Assembly: GCA_002269645.1 (NCBI GenBank)
Contig: NIVC01003643.1
Coordinates: 21,963 to 85,962, forward strand
From: Macrostomum lignano
Lineage: Eukaryota
Direction: 5' to 3'
DNA length: 64,000 nucleotides
How positions within the stretch are numbered: position 1 is the stretch's first letter; each line of letters opens with the position of its first letter. This document shows, in pieces, positions 12,654-24,600 of this stretch. A program made the position numbers and the translations under genes. The notes under the pieces are model-generated. The model was not told the DNA's origin and did not search any database. It was given only the letters and a program-made list of their open reading frames with translations.

Positions 12654-15600
12654 TCACTGCTGCTGCTGCTGATGGTGCCTCCCGTCCGGTGCCTGCTGGG
12701 CCTGCAAAGCAAGGCCGCGATGAGGTCGGGGTCTCCCGGAGCTGGGTAAATACACTGACGCCTTGGCTATGGGCTGCTGGCCGCCTGAACCTCCCTGCAG
12801 TTTGTAGGGTAGATTGTGCAGTAGTTTGTGGTGTAGATTGTGCAGTAGTTTGTGGTTTAGATTATGCAGTAGTTTGTGGTGTTGATTGTGCAGTAGTTTG
12901 TGGTGTAGATTGTGCGGTAGTTTGTGGTGTTGATTGTGCAGTAGTTTGTGGTGTAGATTATGCAGTAGTTTGTGGTGTAGATTATGCAGTAGTTTGTGGT
13001 GTAGATTGTGCAGTAGTTTGTGCTGTATATTGTGCTGTAGTTTGTAGGGTAGACTGCAGTAGTTTGTGCGACAGATTGTGCAGTAGTTTGTAGGGTAGAT
13101 TGTGCAGTAGTTTTTGCGACCGATTGTGCAGTAGCTTGTTGTGCAGTAGTTTGTGGGGTAGATTTGAAATATTTTTTGAGATAGATTGTGAAGTAGTTTG
13201 CTTGGTAGCTCATAGATTTGTGTTTTTCTACGGTAGATTGTGCAGTATTTTTATTGTAGATTTAGCGGTTATATATTTTATTGTTTTGCAGTTTTTATGA
13301 TTGTTTCTGTGATTATAGTTTTGGTGCAGTAGATTTTTTAGCATTTTACTAAAGCTAAGGTAGATGCATGGCAGATTTTAAGTAGTTTGTTGATTATGCG
13401 AGGCTTGCATTCTTCAGGCTAAATTTTATTGTGAGCGAAGGCGCTCTGCACTCACGAGCTGCTGTGGCGAGGCAGTCCTAGGCGAGTTTTCAGCCGATGC
13501 GTTTCCGAAACCGACCGGCGGCGGGATGAAGCCTCCAGCTGCCACCAGGGACGCCGCGTCCGCAGCTGTTGATGCCGACATTCGACCGGACACCGCCGAG
13601 CGCGGAGTGACGGGCGGCGGAAGGTCGGAGGGCCGCTGGTAGCCCTGCCAGCCACCGATCACGGCCGGGCTCAGGTGCTGCGGACTGCGGGTCGGCGGGG
13701 GCTTTGGTAGGGGATTCTTGGCCGGGGATTCTCCTGGAAGGAGATTCTGGAGGGGATTCTCCTGGATGGAGGGGATTCTCCTGGAGGGGATTCTCATGGA
13801 GGAGATTCTCCTGAAGGGGATTCTCCTGGAGGAGATTCTAGAGGGGATTCTCCTGGAGGAGATTCTGGAGGAGATTCTCCTGAAGGGGATTCTCCTGGAG
13901 GAGATTCTAGAGGGGATTCTCCTGGAGGAGATTCTGGAGGAGATTCTCCTGAAAGAGATTCTCCTGGAGGAGATTCTAGAGGGGATTCTCCTGGAGGAGA
14001 TTCTGGAGGAGATTCTCCTGAAGGGGATTCTCCTGGAGGAGATTCTAGAGGGGATTCTCCTGGAGGAGATTCTGGAGGGGATTCTCTTGGAGGGGATTCT
14101 CCTCGAGGAGGTTCTTCTGGAGGAGATTCTCCTGGAGGTGGTTCTCCTGAAAAGAATTCTCTTGAGAGGTAATTTTCGGTTGGGGAATTTCCCAGAAGAA
14201 AATCCGTTATAGGGGATTGTCAGTTTGAGATTCTCCTAGAGAGGATACTCGGATGGAGATTCTTTTAGAGGGGATGCTCAGGTAGGACTGAGATAAGGAA
14301 TTTTTTGGAGTTCTTGGGAATTAATTCTTTGATAAAGTTTTCTCGCTTGATTTCCTGCTTTATTAAAAATATTACAGATAATAGTAAAATATAGCTTACG
14401 GTTGCAGAGGTTGCAGAGGCGCCGTTGAGCTGGAAAAGCCGTTCTGACCCGGACTGCTGGACAAAGCCGTGGGCAGAGAGGGAGAAGGCGATTGCTGGCG
14501 ACCTCCGCTGCCTCCACTGCCGCCTCGCTTGCCTTTTGCTTTTTTCTTCTTCCGAGTTGGCGCCAATGCAGACGGTGGCAGCTGCTGCGCCTGAAGCTGC
14601 TGGGGCGGCGGCAGATGCGGCGGCGTCGGCTCCGTGTGCAGCTGGTGACGCAAAACTGCGGCGCCTCCGCCACCTGAATAATTCAGCGGCATCAGCTGCG
14701 GCGGCGGGCCGATGAGACGCTGCTTGTCCGGGGGAGTTCGCGGAGCTGCATGGAGAGCCGGTTTTTATTAAAGGTGTGAGGGGTTGGCTGGGTGAGGGGT
14801 TGGCTGGGTGAGGGGTTGTCTGTGTGAGGGGTTGGCTGGGTGAGGGGTTGGCTGGGTGAGGGGTTGGCTGGGTGAGGGGCTGGCTGGGTGAGGGGTTGGC
14901 TGGGTGAGGGGTTGGCTGGGTGAGGGGTTGGCTGTGTGAGGGGTTGGCTGGGTGAGGGGCTGGCTGGGTGAGGGGTTGGCTGGGTGAGGGGCTGGCTGTG
15001 TGAGGGGTTGGCTGGGTGAGGGGTTGGCTGGGTGAGGGGTTGGCTGGGTGAGGGGTTGGCTGTGTGAGGGGTTGGCTGGGTGAGGGGCTGGCTGGGTGAG
15101 GGGTTGGCTGGGTGAGGGGCTGGCTGTGTGAGGGGTTGGCTGGGTGAGGGGTTGGCTGGGTGAGGGGTTGGCTGGGTGAGGGGTTGGCTGGGTGAGGGGT
15201 TGGCTGGGTGAGGGGCTGGCTGGGTGAGGGGTTGGCTGGGTGAGGGCTGGCTGTGTGAGGGGTTGGCTGGGTGAGGGGTTGGCTGGGTGAGGGGTTGGCT
15301 GGGTGAGGGGTTGGCTGGGTGAGGGGTTGGCTGGGTGAGGGGTTGGCTGGGTGAGGGGTTGGCTGGGTGAGGGGTTGGCTGGGTGAGGGGTTGGCTGGGT
15401 GAGGGGTTGGCTGGGTGAGGGGTTGGCTGGGTGAGGGGTTGGCTGGGTGAGGGGCTGGCTGGGTGAGGGGTTGGCTGGGTGAGGGGCTGGCTGTGTGAGG
15501 GGTTGGCTGGGTGAGGGGTTGGCTGGGTGAGGGGTTGGCTGGGTGAGGGGTTGGCTGGGTGAGGGGTTGGCTGGGTGAGGGGTTGGCTGGGTGAGGGGTT

Positions 15601-18600
15601 GGCTGGGTGAGGGGTTGGCTGGGTGAGGGGTTGGCTGGGTGAGGGGTTGGTTGGGTGAGGGGTTGGCTGGATGAGGGGCTGGCTGAGTGAAGGGTTGGCT
15701 GGGTGAGGGGCTGGCTGGGTGAGGGGCTGGCTGGGTGAGGGGCTGGCTTGGTGAGGGGTTGGCTGGGTGAGGGGTTGGCTGGGTGAGGGGTTGGCTGGGT
15801 GAGGGGTTGGCTGGGTGAGGGGTTGGCTGGGTGAGGGGTTGGCTGGGTGATAGATTTGACAGGTTTATCAGTTTTTTACTGAATTAGCCATTAATAGTGA
15901 TAAAGAAGCAAAAAATGGCGTGGAACTAACGATGACCTCCAGCAATGGAATCTCCGTCGCTGCCAAACTGCGCAGGAGGCGGTGGTGCCGGCGCTGGCAG
16001 CTGCGATGACAACGTCACCGGTGGCTGTTGCTGCGAGGCTTCTGAAGCTGCGTAGCCGCCTCCAGCCGCCGCGACGGCATCCACCGAGCCGTTGTTTTCA
16101 GCCATCTGGCGCTGCAGTTTGTAGGGCGGCTGCGACCGCGTCAGCCGACGATCGGGATGGGGTGGCTGCTGCGGAGACTGCGGAGTTTGCGGCGTCTGCG
16201 GCGTTCGGCTCCTCGGCGAAGCCGTCGGCCGCAGGCCGCCCCTGGCCGCAGTTGGCCGCCTGGACTCTTGAGCCACCGATGATGCCGCGTTGAAATCTTC
16301 GCTGTCCATCGTGCGATAGGACTCGAGCAGCTGCAGCTGCTGCTGCTGGGGCTGGCGATGCTGCTGGGACGGGTCCGGCTCGCGGCGCTCGAATCCGTTT
16401 TCTGCGTCACAGGCGTCTGCCGAGTCTTGATGGCCCTCCCGCTGCTCCTCCTGCTGCTGTTGAACTGGTGCCACGACGCCTCTGAGACGGCGCCGGGTAG
16501 ACGAAGACGGCGACTTTGACCGGCTGGAGGGGGGTGTCGCTGGTGGCCTGGGCTGAATGTCCTGCGGGAGTGACAGAGTGACACATTGGCTGAGTGACAC
16601 ATTGGCTGAGTGACACATTGGCTGAGTGACACATTGGCTGAGTGACACATTGGCTGAGTGACACATTGGCTGAGTGACACATTGGCTGAGTGACACATTG
16701 GCTGAGTGACACATTGATAAAGTGGGACCTGAACTAAATGAAATTCAGATTAATTCATTCACTCGTAACTGAATGCTCTCATGCTTATAAAAACACTTAA
16801 ATTTGTTGTTAGGGTGGTTATAAACGTTATAAAAGTAAAAGGCTAGCTATAAATTAACAAAAAAACAAATCTTTATGAGCATTATGAGCAGTTTGTCTCA
16901 CTGCCGGGTCGTTCGTGTCAGCTGAGAGTCTTCGGTCTCCCAGTTGTGCCGGCTGCTCACCGCCAGATTCGTAGCAGGAGGCGTCCAGCGAGACGGTCCT
17001 GGTGGAGCAGTGCAGCATCGGCGGCCTTCTGCTGGCGCCACCTTCAGCCAGCTGTGCGGCCTGAGTCCCCTGATCCGCTTGTTCTTCATCAGAACCGTCA
17101 TCCTCTTCATCATTGCTTGAGCAGCTGCTTTCGTTCCGTTGTTGCTGCTGTGGCTGTTGCTGGGGTTGAGTTTGAAGCGTGTTAGAGCTGTGTGTTAGAG
17201 CTGTTAGCTGCGCTTGTCAACTACTGTTAGGGTTGGGGTTGGGGTTAGGGTTGTTTATGGTTAGGGTTAGGGTTAGGGTTAGGGTTAGTGTTAGTGTTAA
17301 TGCTACAGTGGCATTTGGGTTGCGCTACTAATGAAAAGTGCATGTACTACTGTACTCGTAAGTACCAAATTGACAGACGCTCGCATCTGATCCTGCAGCG
17401 AGTTCTGGCTGGCCAGTTCGAGGTCCTTGCACCGCTGCCTGTAGTGGCTGGCCAGGATCAGCTTGCAGTAGTTCAGCTGCCGCTGCTTGGCGTAGTCCCA
17501 CGGGGTGGCGTGGTCCCGGTCCCGCGCCTCCATGTCGGCTGCGGAGCGGTTCGGGAGACTGATGGAGTGACAGACTGATGGAGTGACAGGCTGATGGAGT
17601 GACAGGCTGATGGAGTGACAGACTGATGGAGTGACAGACTGATGGAGTGACAGACTGATGGAGTGACAGACTGATGGAGTGACAGGCTGATGGAGTGACA
17701 GGCTGATGGAGTGACAGACTGATGGAGTGACAGACTGGTGGAGTGACAGACTGGTGGAGTGACAGGCTGATGGAGTGACAGGCTAATTGGGTGACAGGCT
17801 GATAGAGTGACAGGCTGATGGAGTGACAGGCTGATGTAGTGACAGGCTGATGGAGTGACAGGCTGATGGAGTGACAGACTGGTGGAGTGACAGACTGATG
17901 GAGTGACAGACTGATGGAGTGACAGGCTGATGGAGTGGCAGGATGATGGAGTGACAGGCTGATGGAGTGACAGACTGATGAAGTGACAGACTGATGGAGT
18001 GACAGACTGGTGGAGTGACAGGCTGATGAAGTGACAGGCTGATAGAGTGACAGGCTGATGGAGTGACAGGCTAATTGGGTGACAGGCTGATAGAGTGACA
18101 GGCTGATGGAGTGACAGACTGATTGAGTGACAGGCTGATGGAGTGACAGGCTGATAGAGTGACAGGCTGATGGAGTGACAGGCTTATAGAGTGACAGGCT
18201 GATGGAGTGACAGGCTGATGGAGTGACAGGCTGATTGGGTGACAGACTGATGAAGTGACAGGCTCCGAACTCACCACCCTGGTCCAGCAGGAAGTTGAGC
18301 ACTTCGCCGTGGCCACCGATAGTGGCGAGGTGAACAGCGGACCGGCTGTCCTGGTCGCGGTAGTCAATGATGGACTTGCCGCCCACCTCCATGATGATCT
18401 TGCAGGCCGGGAGCGACCCTGCAAGCGGTTGGTTTGGTTCCGTGAAAATACGAGCCAATTCGCTTGCTTGCTCGTATTGCTTGCATTCGGTGTCTTCTAA
18501 AAGAAAGTGTTTCTTCGAAACAGAAACAGATTCCTCACCCTGCTCAGCGGCCACCATCAAGACGTTTTTTCCGCTCATGTCTGTCACGACCGCGTTTTCC

Positions 18601-21600
18601 TCCGTGATGAGGGTCTGCAATTGAGATGAGCTGCGTTAGCAAGAATTCTCCCAGAATCTCCACTGAGATTTCCCCTGGGACCCCATGGAATTCCCCTCAG
18701 AATTCCCCACTGACAATGTTGCTCTAAAAGATTTCTGAAGAAAATCGATATTGATATTGAGCTGACCCTCAGGCACTCCAGCGGTTCCTGGCGCCTGACG
18801 GCCCAGTGCAGGAAGGTCCAGCCGGAGGCGTCCCGCTCCATGCCGTCGGCGAATTCGTTGACTTGGACCAGCCGGCTGAGGATGGCGAAGTGGTCGATGT
18901 TGTCGAGACGGCAGGCCCACATGGACGGCGTGGTCAGGTCTCTGTCCCGGACGCTGGGGTTGGCCCGGCTCTTCAACAGGATCTGCGGGGTGCGGCGATT
19001 CTCAGGATGAGACGATTCTCAGGGTGAGACGATTCTCAGGGTGAGACGATTCTCAGGGTGAGACGATTCTCCGGGTGAGACGGTTCTCGAGAGGAGATGA
19101 TTCTCAGGGTGAGACGATTCTCGAGAGGAGATGATTCTCAGGGTGAGACGATTCTCAGGGTGAGACGATTCTCAGGATGAGACGATTCTCAGGGTGAGAC
19201 GATTCTCAGGGTGAGACGATTCTCAGGATGAGACGATTCTCAGGGTGAGACGGTTCTCAGGGTGAGACGATTCTCAGGATGAGACGATTCTCCGGGTGAG
19301 ACGGTTCTCGAGAGGAGATGATTCTCAGGGTGAGACGATTCTCGAGAGGAGATGATTCTCAGGGTGAGACGATTCTCAGGGTGAGACGATTCTCAGGATG
19401 AGACGATTCTCAGGGTGAGACGATTCTCTGGGTGAGACGATTCTCAGGGTGAGACGATTCTCAGGATGAGACGATTCTCAGGATGAGACGATTCTCCGGG
19501 TGAGACGGTTCTCGAGAGGAGATGATTCTCAGGGTGAGACGATTCTCAGGGTGAGACGATTCTCCGGGTGAGACGGTTCTCGAGAGGAGACGATTCTCAG
19601 GGTGGGACGATTCTCAGGGTGAGACGATTCTCAGGGTGAGACGATTCTCAGGGTGAGACGATTCTCAGGGTGAGTTGATTCTTAGGATAAGACGATTCTC
19701 AGGATGAGACGATTCTCAGGATGAGACGATTCTCAGGATGAGACGATTCTCAGGATGAGACGATTCTCAGGATGAGACGATTCTCAAGATGAGACGATTC
19801 TCAGGGTGAGACGATTCTCAGGGTGAGACGATTCTCAGGGTGAGACGATTCTCCGGGTGAGACGGTTCTCGAGAGGAGATGATTCTCAGGGTGAGACGAT
19901 TCTCGAGAGGAGATGATTCTCAGGGTGAGACGATTCTCAGGGTGAGACGATTCTCAGGATGAGACGATTCTCAGGGTGAGACGATTCTCAGGGTGAGACG
20001 ATTCTCAGGATGAGACGATTCTCAGGGTGAGACGGTTCTCAGGGTGAGACGATTCTCAGGATGAGACGATTCTCCGGGTGAGACGGTTCTCGAGAGGAGA
20101 TGATTCTCAGGGTGAGACGATTCTCGAGAGGAGATGATTCTCAGGGTGAGACGATTCTCAGGGTGAGACGATTCTCAGGATGAGACGATTCTCAGGGTGA
20201 GACGATTCTCTGGGTGAGACGATTCTCAGGGTGAGACGATTCTCAGGATGAGACGATTCTCAGGATGAGACGATTCTCCGGGTGAGACGGTTCTCGAGAG
20301 GAGATGATTCTCAGGGTGAGACGATTCTCAGGGTGAGACGATTCTCCGGGTGAGACGGTTCTCGAGAGGAGACGATTCTCAGGGTGGGACGATTCTCAGG
20401 GTGAGACGATTCTCAGGGTGAGACGATTCTCAGGGTGAGACGATTCTCAGGGTGAGTTGATTCTTAGGATAAGACGATTCTTAGGATGAGACGATTCTCA
20501 GGATGAGACGATTCTCAGGATGAGACGATTCTCAGGATGAGACGATTCTCAGGATGAGACGATTCTCAAGATTAGATGATTCTCAGGGTGAGACGATTCT
20601 CAGGGTGAGACGATTCTCAGGGTGAGACGATTCTCAGGGTGAGACGATTCTCAGGGTGAGACGATTCTCAGGGTGAGACGATTCTCAGGATGAGACGATT
20701 CTTAGGATAAGACGATTCTCAGGATGAGACGATTCTCAAGATTAGATGATTCTTCGGGTGAGACGATTCTCAGGATGAAACGATTCTCAGGATGAGACGA
20801 TTCTCAGGATGAGACGATTCTCAGGATGAGACGATTCTTAGGGTGAGACGATTCTCTGGGTGAGACGATTCTCTGGGTGAGACGGTTCTCGAGAGGAGAC
20901 GATTCTCAGGGTGGGACGATTCTCAGGATGAGACGATTCTCAGGATGAGACGATTCTCAGGATAAGACGATTCTCAGGATGAGACAATTCTCAGGATGAG
21001 ACGATTCGAACCTTACCTTCAGACACTCTGTGGTGTGCGTGGTGACGGCCCAATGCAGCGGTGCGCGCCCCATGCTGTCCTGACAGTCAACACTTGCCCT
21101 ATGATTGACAAGCAGCTCGGTGAAATTCCACAGGCCTTTGTGAACGGCCAGGTGCAACGCTGTTGACTGATCTGGAAATATTGGATTCGAAGTTTACAGC
21201 TGCAAATCAGAGTGTCAAAGTCTGAGTCGAAGTCAAATAGGGCTCAACTATTCGACAGATGGTGTAAACTTTTGGGACACCCGAAAGAAGGAAGCTGAGG
21301 ACATCACTAGTCTATACGTAGTCTTAGGTATAGTCTCGCCTCAAACTGCACAGGCGCGCTTATGCAGCACACCCTACTGAACAAGCTGAGCTTTCAGTAG
21401 AGAAGCAAGAAAATTCAAAGAATTTTTAGCGGTGCAATGCAAAAAACTGGAGTAAAATAAAATGCGAAACAGACCGTGCGCGACAGAGTTGACATCGGCA
21501 CCGTGGCGGAGCAGCCAATCCGCGGTGTCGAACTGCTCGAACTGCACGGCGTACATCAGCAGGCCGCGGCCCATGCCGTCGCACTCGTCCAGGCAGGCCG

Positions 21601-24600
21601 GGTCTGCCACGGAAAGGAGAGAGAAGGGAGAGAGAGAGAGTGAGAGAGAGAGCTCGAGAACAATGGCAGCTCGGTGGCAGCAAATGGACTTGGCAATTTA
21701 GAGAAAAGAAGAGAAGTGACAGAAGGGTGACGAGAGGTGCGCGCACCCGATATTTGTATCAAACAATTGAATCAAGAGCAGTGTGAGAGAGAGAGGCAGT
21801 GAGTGTGGCAGAGCAGAGCCAGACCCGACCGTTTTTTTAAGACTTTTATGCAGTCATTTTTCTCTCATTTCTGATTCCGCTCCGTCACCCCACCCTCGCA
21901 TATATGCGGCTGCCTGCTGCCTATTATTGGCGAGTCAAAGGCGCTCTCAGTGTGGCGGCCCCATGCTGAGCTTTTCATTGCTTTCCCGCATGCTGTAGGC
22001 CCCGTGTCTGGTTAATAGGCAGCTGCTTATTAGATATGAATCTGGGCTGCACTCAGGTGTGAATTGCATTAATGCGTTATTCCTAGAAATTGATGAAATA
22101 TTGCAGTTTACACCTGCACCAGTCCAACCAGTCCAACCGGTATCTAACCAGCACCTATGGGTGTCCAACCAGTATCTAAACAGCACCTATGGGTGTCCAA
22201 CCGGTATCTAACCAGCACCTATGGGTGTCCAACCGATATCTAAACAGCACCTATGGGTGTCCAACCAGTATCTAAACAGCACCTATGGGTGTCCAACCGG
22301 TATCTAACCAGCACCTATGGGTGTCCAACCGATATCTAAACAGCACCTATGGGTGTCCAACCGGTAGCTAAACAGCACCTATGGGTGTCCAACCGGTAGC
22401 TAAACAGCACCTATGGGTGTCCAACCGGTATCTAAACAACACCTATGGGTGTCCAACCGGTATCTAAACAGCACCTATGGGTGTCCAACCGGTATCTAAA
22501 CAGCACACCTAACAGAGCTTTGCAGCAACCCACGGCACCGCATAATCCAACAAACTCTAGAAATATTCGCTCTGGCCTTAGCTGTCGCCATTGAGTACTT
22601 CTAACAATGCATTTATCTGTACTCAACAGCATATTATGCCCCAAAAATTACAACTCCGCCAATCAACTTTGAGTGGCGGACTCAAGACTTCTAGGGCGCA
22701 TTTGTTTTTACTAAAATCGAAAAATGGTAAAGATCTCTGCCAAAACACCCAGTGTTTTGTCTCCCGCCCCTGACCCGCCTTTGGTATCCCACCCCTGGTA
22801 GCCCCTGGTCTCCCGACCCTGGTCTCCCGACCCTGGTCTCCCGACCCTGGTCTCCCGACCCTGGTCTCCCGACCCTGGTCTCCCGACCCTGGTCTCCCGA
22901 CCCTGGTCTCCCGACCCTGGTCTCCCGACCCTGGTCTCCCGACCCTGGTCTCCCGACCCTGGTCTCCCGACCCTGGTCTCCCGACCCTGGTCTCCCGACC
23001 CTGGTCTCCCGACCCTGGTCTCCCGACCCTGGTCTCCCGACCCTGGTCTCCCGACCCTGGTCTCCCGACCCTGGTCTCCCGACCCTGGTCTCCCGACCCT
23101 GGTCTCCCGACCCTGGTCTCCCGACCCTGGTCTCCCGACCCTGGTCTCCCGACCCTGGTCTCCCGACCCTGGTCTCCCGACCCTGGTCTCCCGACCCTGG
23201 TCTCCCGACCCTGGTCTCCCGACCCTGGTCTCCCGACCCTGGTCTCCCGACCCTGGTCTCCCGACCCTGGTCTCCCGACCCTGGTCTCCCGACCCTGGTC
23301 TCCCGACCCTGGTCTCCCGACCCTGGTCTCCCGACCCTGGTCTCCCGACCCTGGTCTCCCGACCCTGGTCTCCCGACCCTGGTCTCCCGACCCTGGTCTC
23401 CCGACCCTGGTCTCCCGACCCTGGTCTCCCGACCCTGGTCTCCCGACCCTGGTCTCCCGACCCTGGTCTCCCGACCCTGGTCTCCCGACCCTGGTCTCCC
23501 GACCCTGGTCTCCCGACCCTGGTCTCCCGACCCTGGTCTCCCGACCCTGGTCTCCCGACCCTGGTCTCCCGACCCTGGTCTCCCGACCCTGGTCTCCCGA
23601 CCCTGGTCTCCCGACCCTGGTCTCCCGACCCTGGTCTCCCGACCCTGGTCTCCCGACCCTGGTCTCCCGACCCTGGTCTCCCGACCCTGGTCTCCCGACC
23701 CTGGTCTCCCGACCCTGGTCTCCCGACCCTGGTCTCCCGACCCTGGTCTCCCGACCCTGGTCTCCCGACCCTGGTCTCCCGACCCTGGTCTCCCGACCCT
23801 GGTCTCCCGACCCTGGTCTCCCGACCCTGGTCTCCCGACCCTGGTCTCCCGACCCTGGTCTCCCGACCCTGGTCTCCCGACCCTGGTCTCCCGACCCTGG
23901 TCTCCCGACCCTGGTCTCCCGACCCTGGTCTCCCGACCCTGGTCTCCCGACCCTGGTCTCCCGACCCTGGTCTCCCGACCCTGGTCTCCCGACCCTGGTC
24001 TCCCGACCCTGGTCTCCCGACCCTGGTCTCCCGACCCTGGTCTCCCGACCCTGGTCTCCCGACCCTGGTCTCCCGACCCTGGTCTCCCGACCCTGGTCTC
24101 CCGACCCTGGTCTCCCGACCCTGGTCTCCCGACCCTGGTCTCCCGACCCTGGTCTCCCGACCCTGGTCTCCCGACCCTGGTCTCCCTCCCTGGTCTCCCG
24201 ACCCTGGTCTCCCTCCCTGGTCTCCCGACCCTGGTCTCCCGCCCTGGTCTCCCGACCCTGGTCTCCGCCCCTGGTCTCCCGACCCTGGTATCCCGCCCCT
24301 GGTCTCCGCCCCTGGTCTCCCGCCCCTGGTCTCCCGCCCCTGGTCTCTGCCCCTGGTCTCCGCCCCTGGTCTCCGCCCCTGGTCTCCGTACTGTTGCTGT
24401 GCAGAGCTTTCAGAGTCTCCAAGTCGCCAGTTTTGCTGGCGCTGAGTGCCAGAGACATGCCCAGAGGCAAGCCAGGCTCCTGAGACCGCAGCAGGCTCAT
24501 CCTCCGGCCTTCGAGGTCCTGCCAGCGCCACTCGAATCGTTCCGGCCGTTCCACGGGCGGCGTCATTGGCGACAGTCCCCGCAGAGACGAGTTGCTTAGC

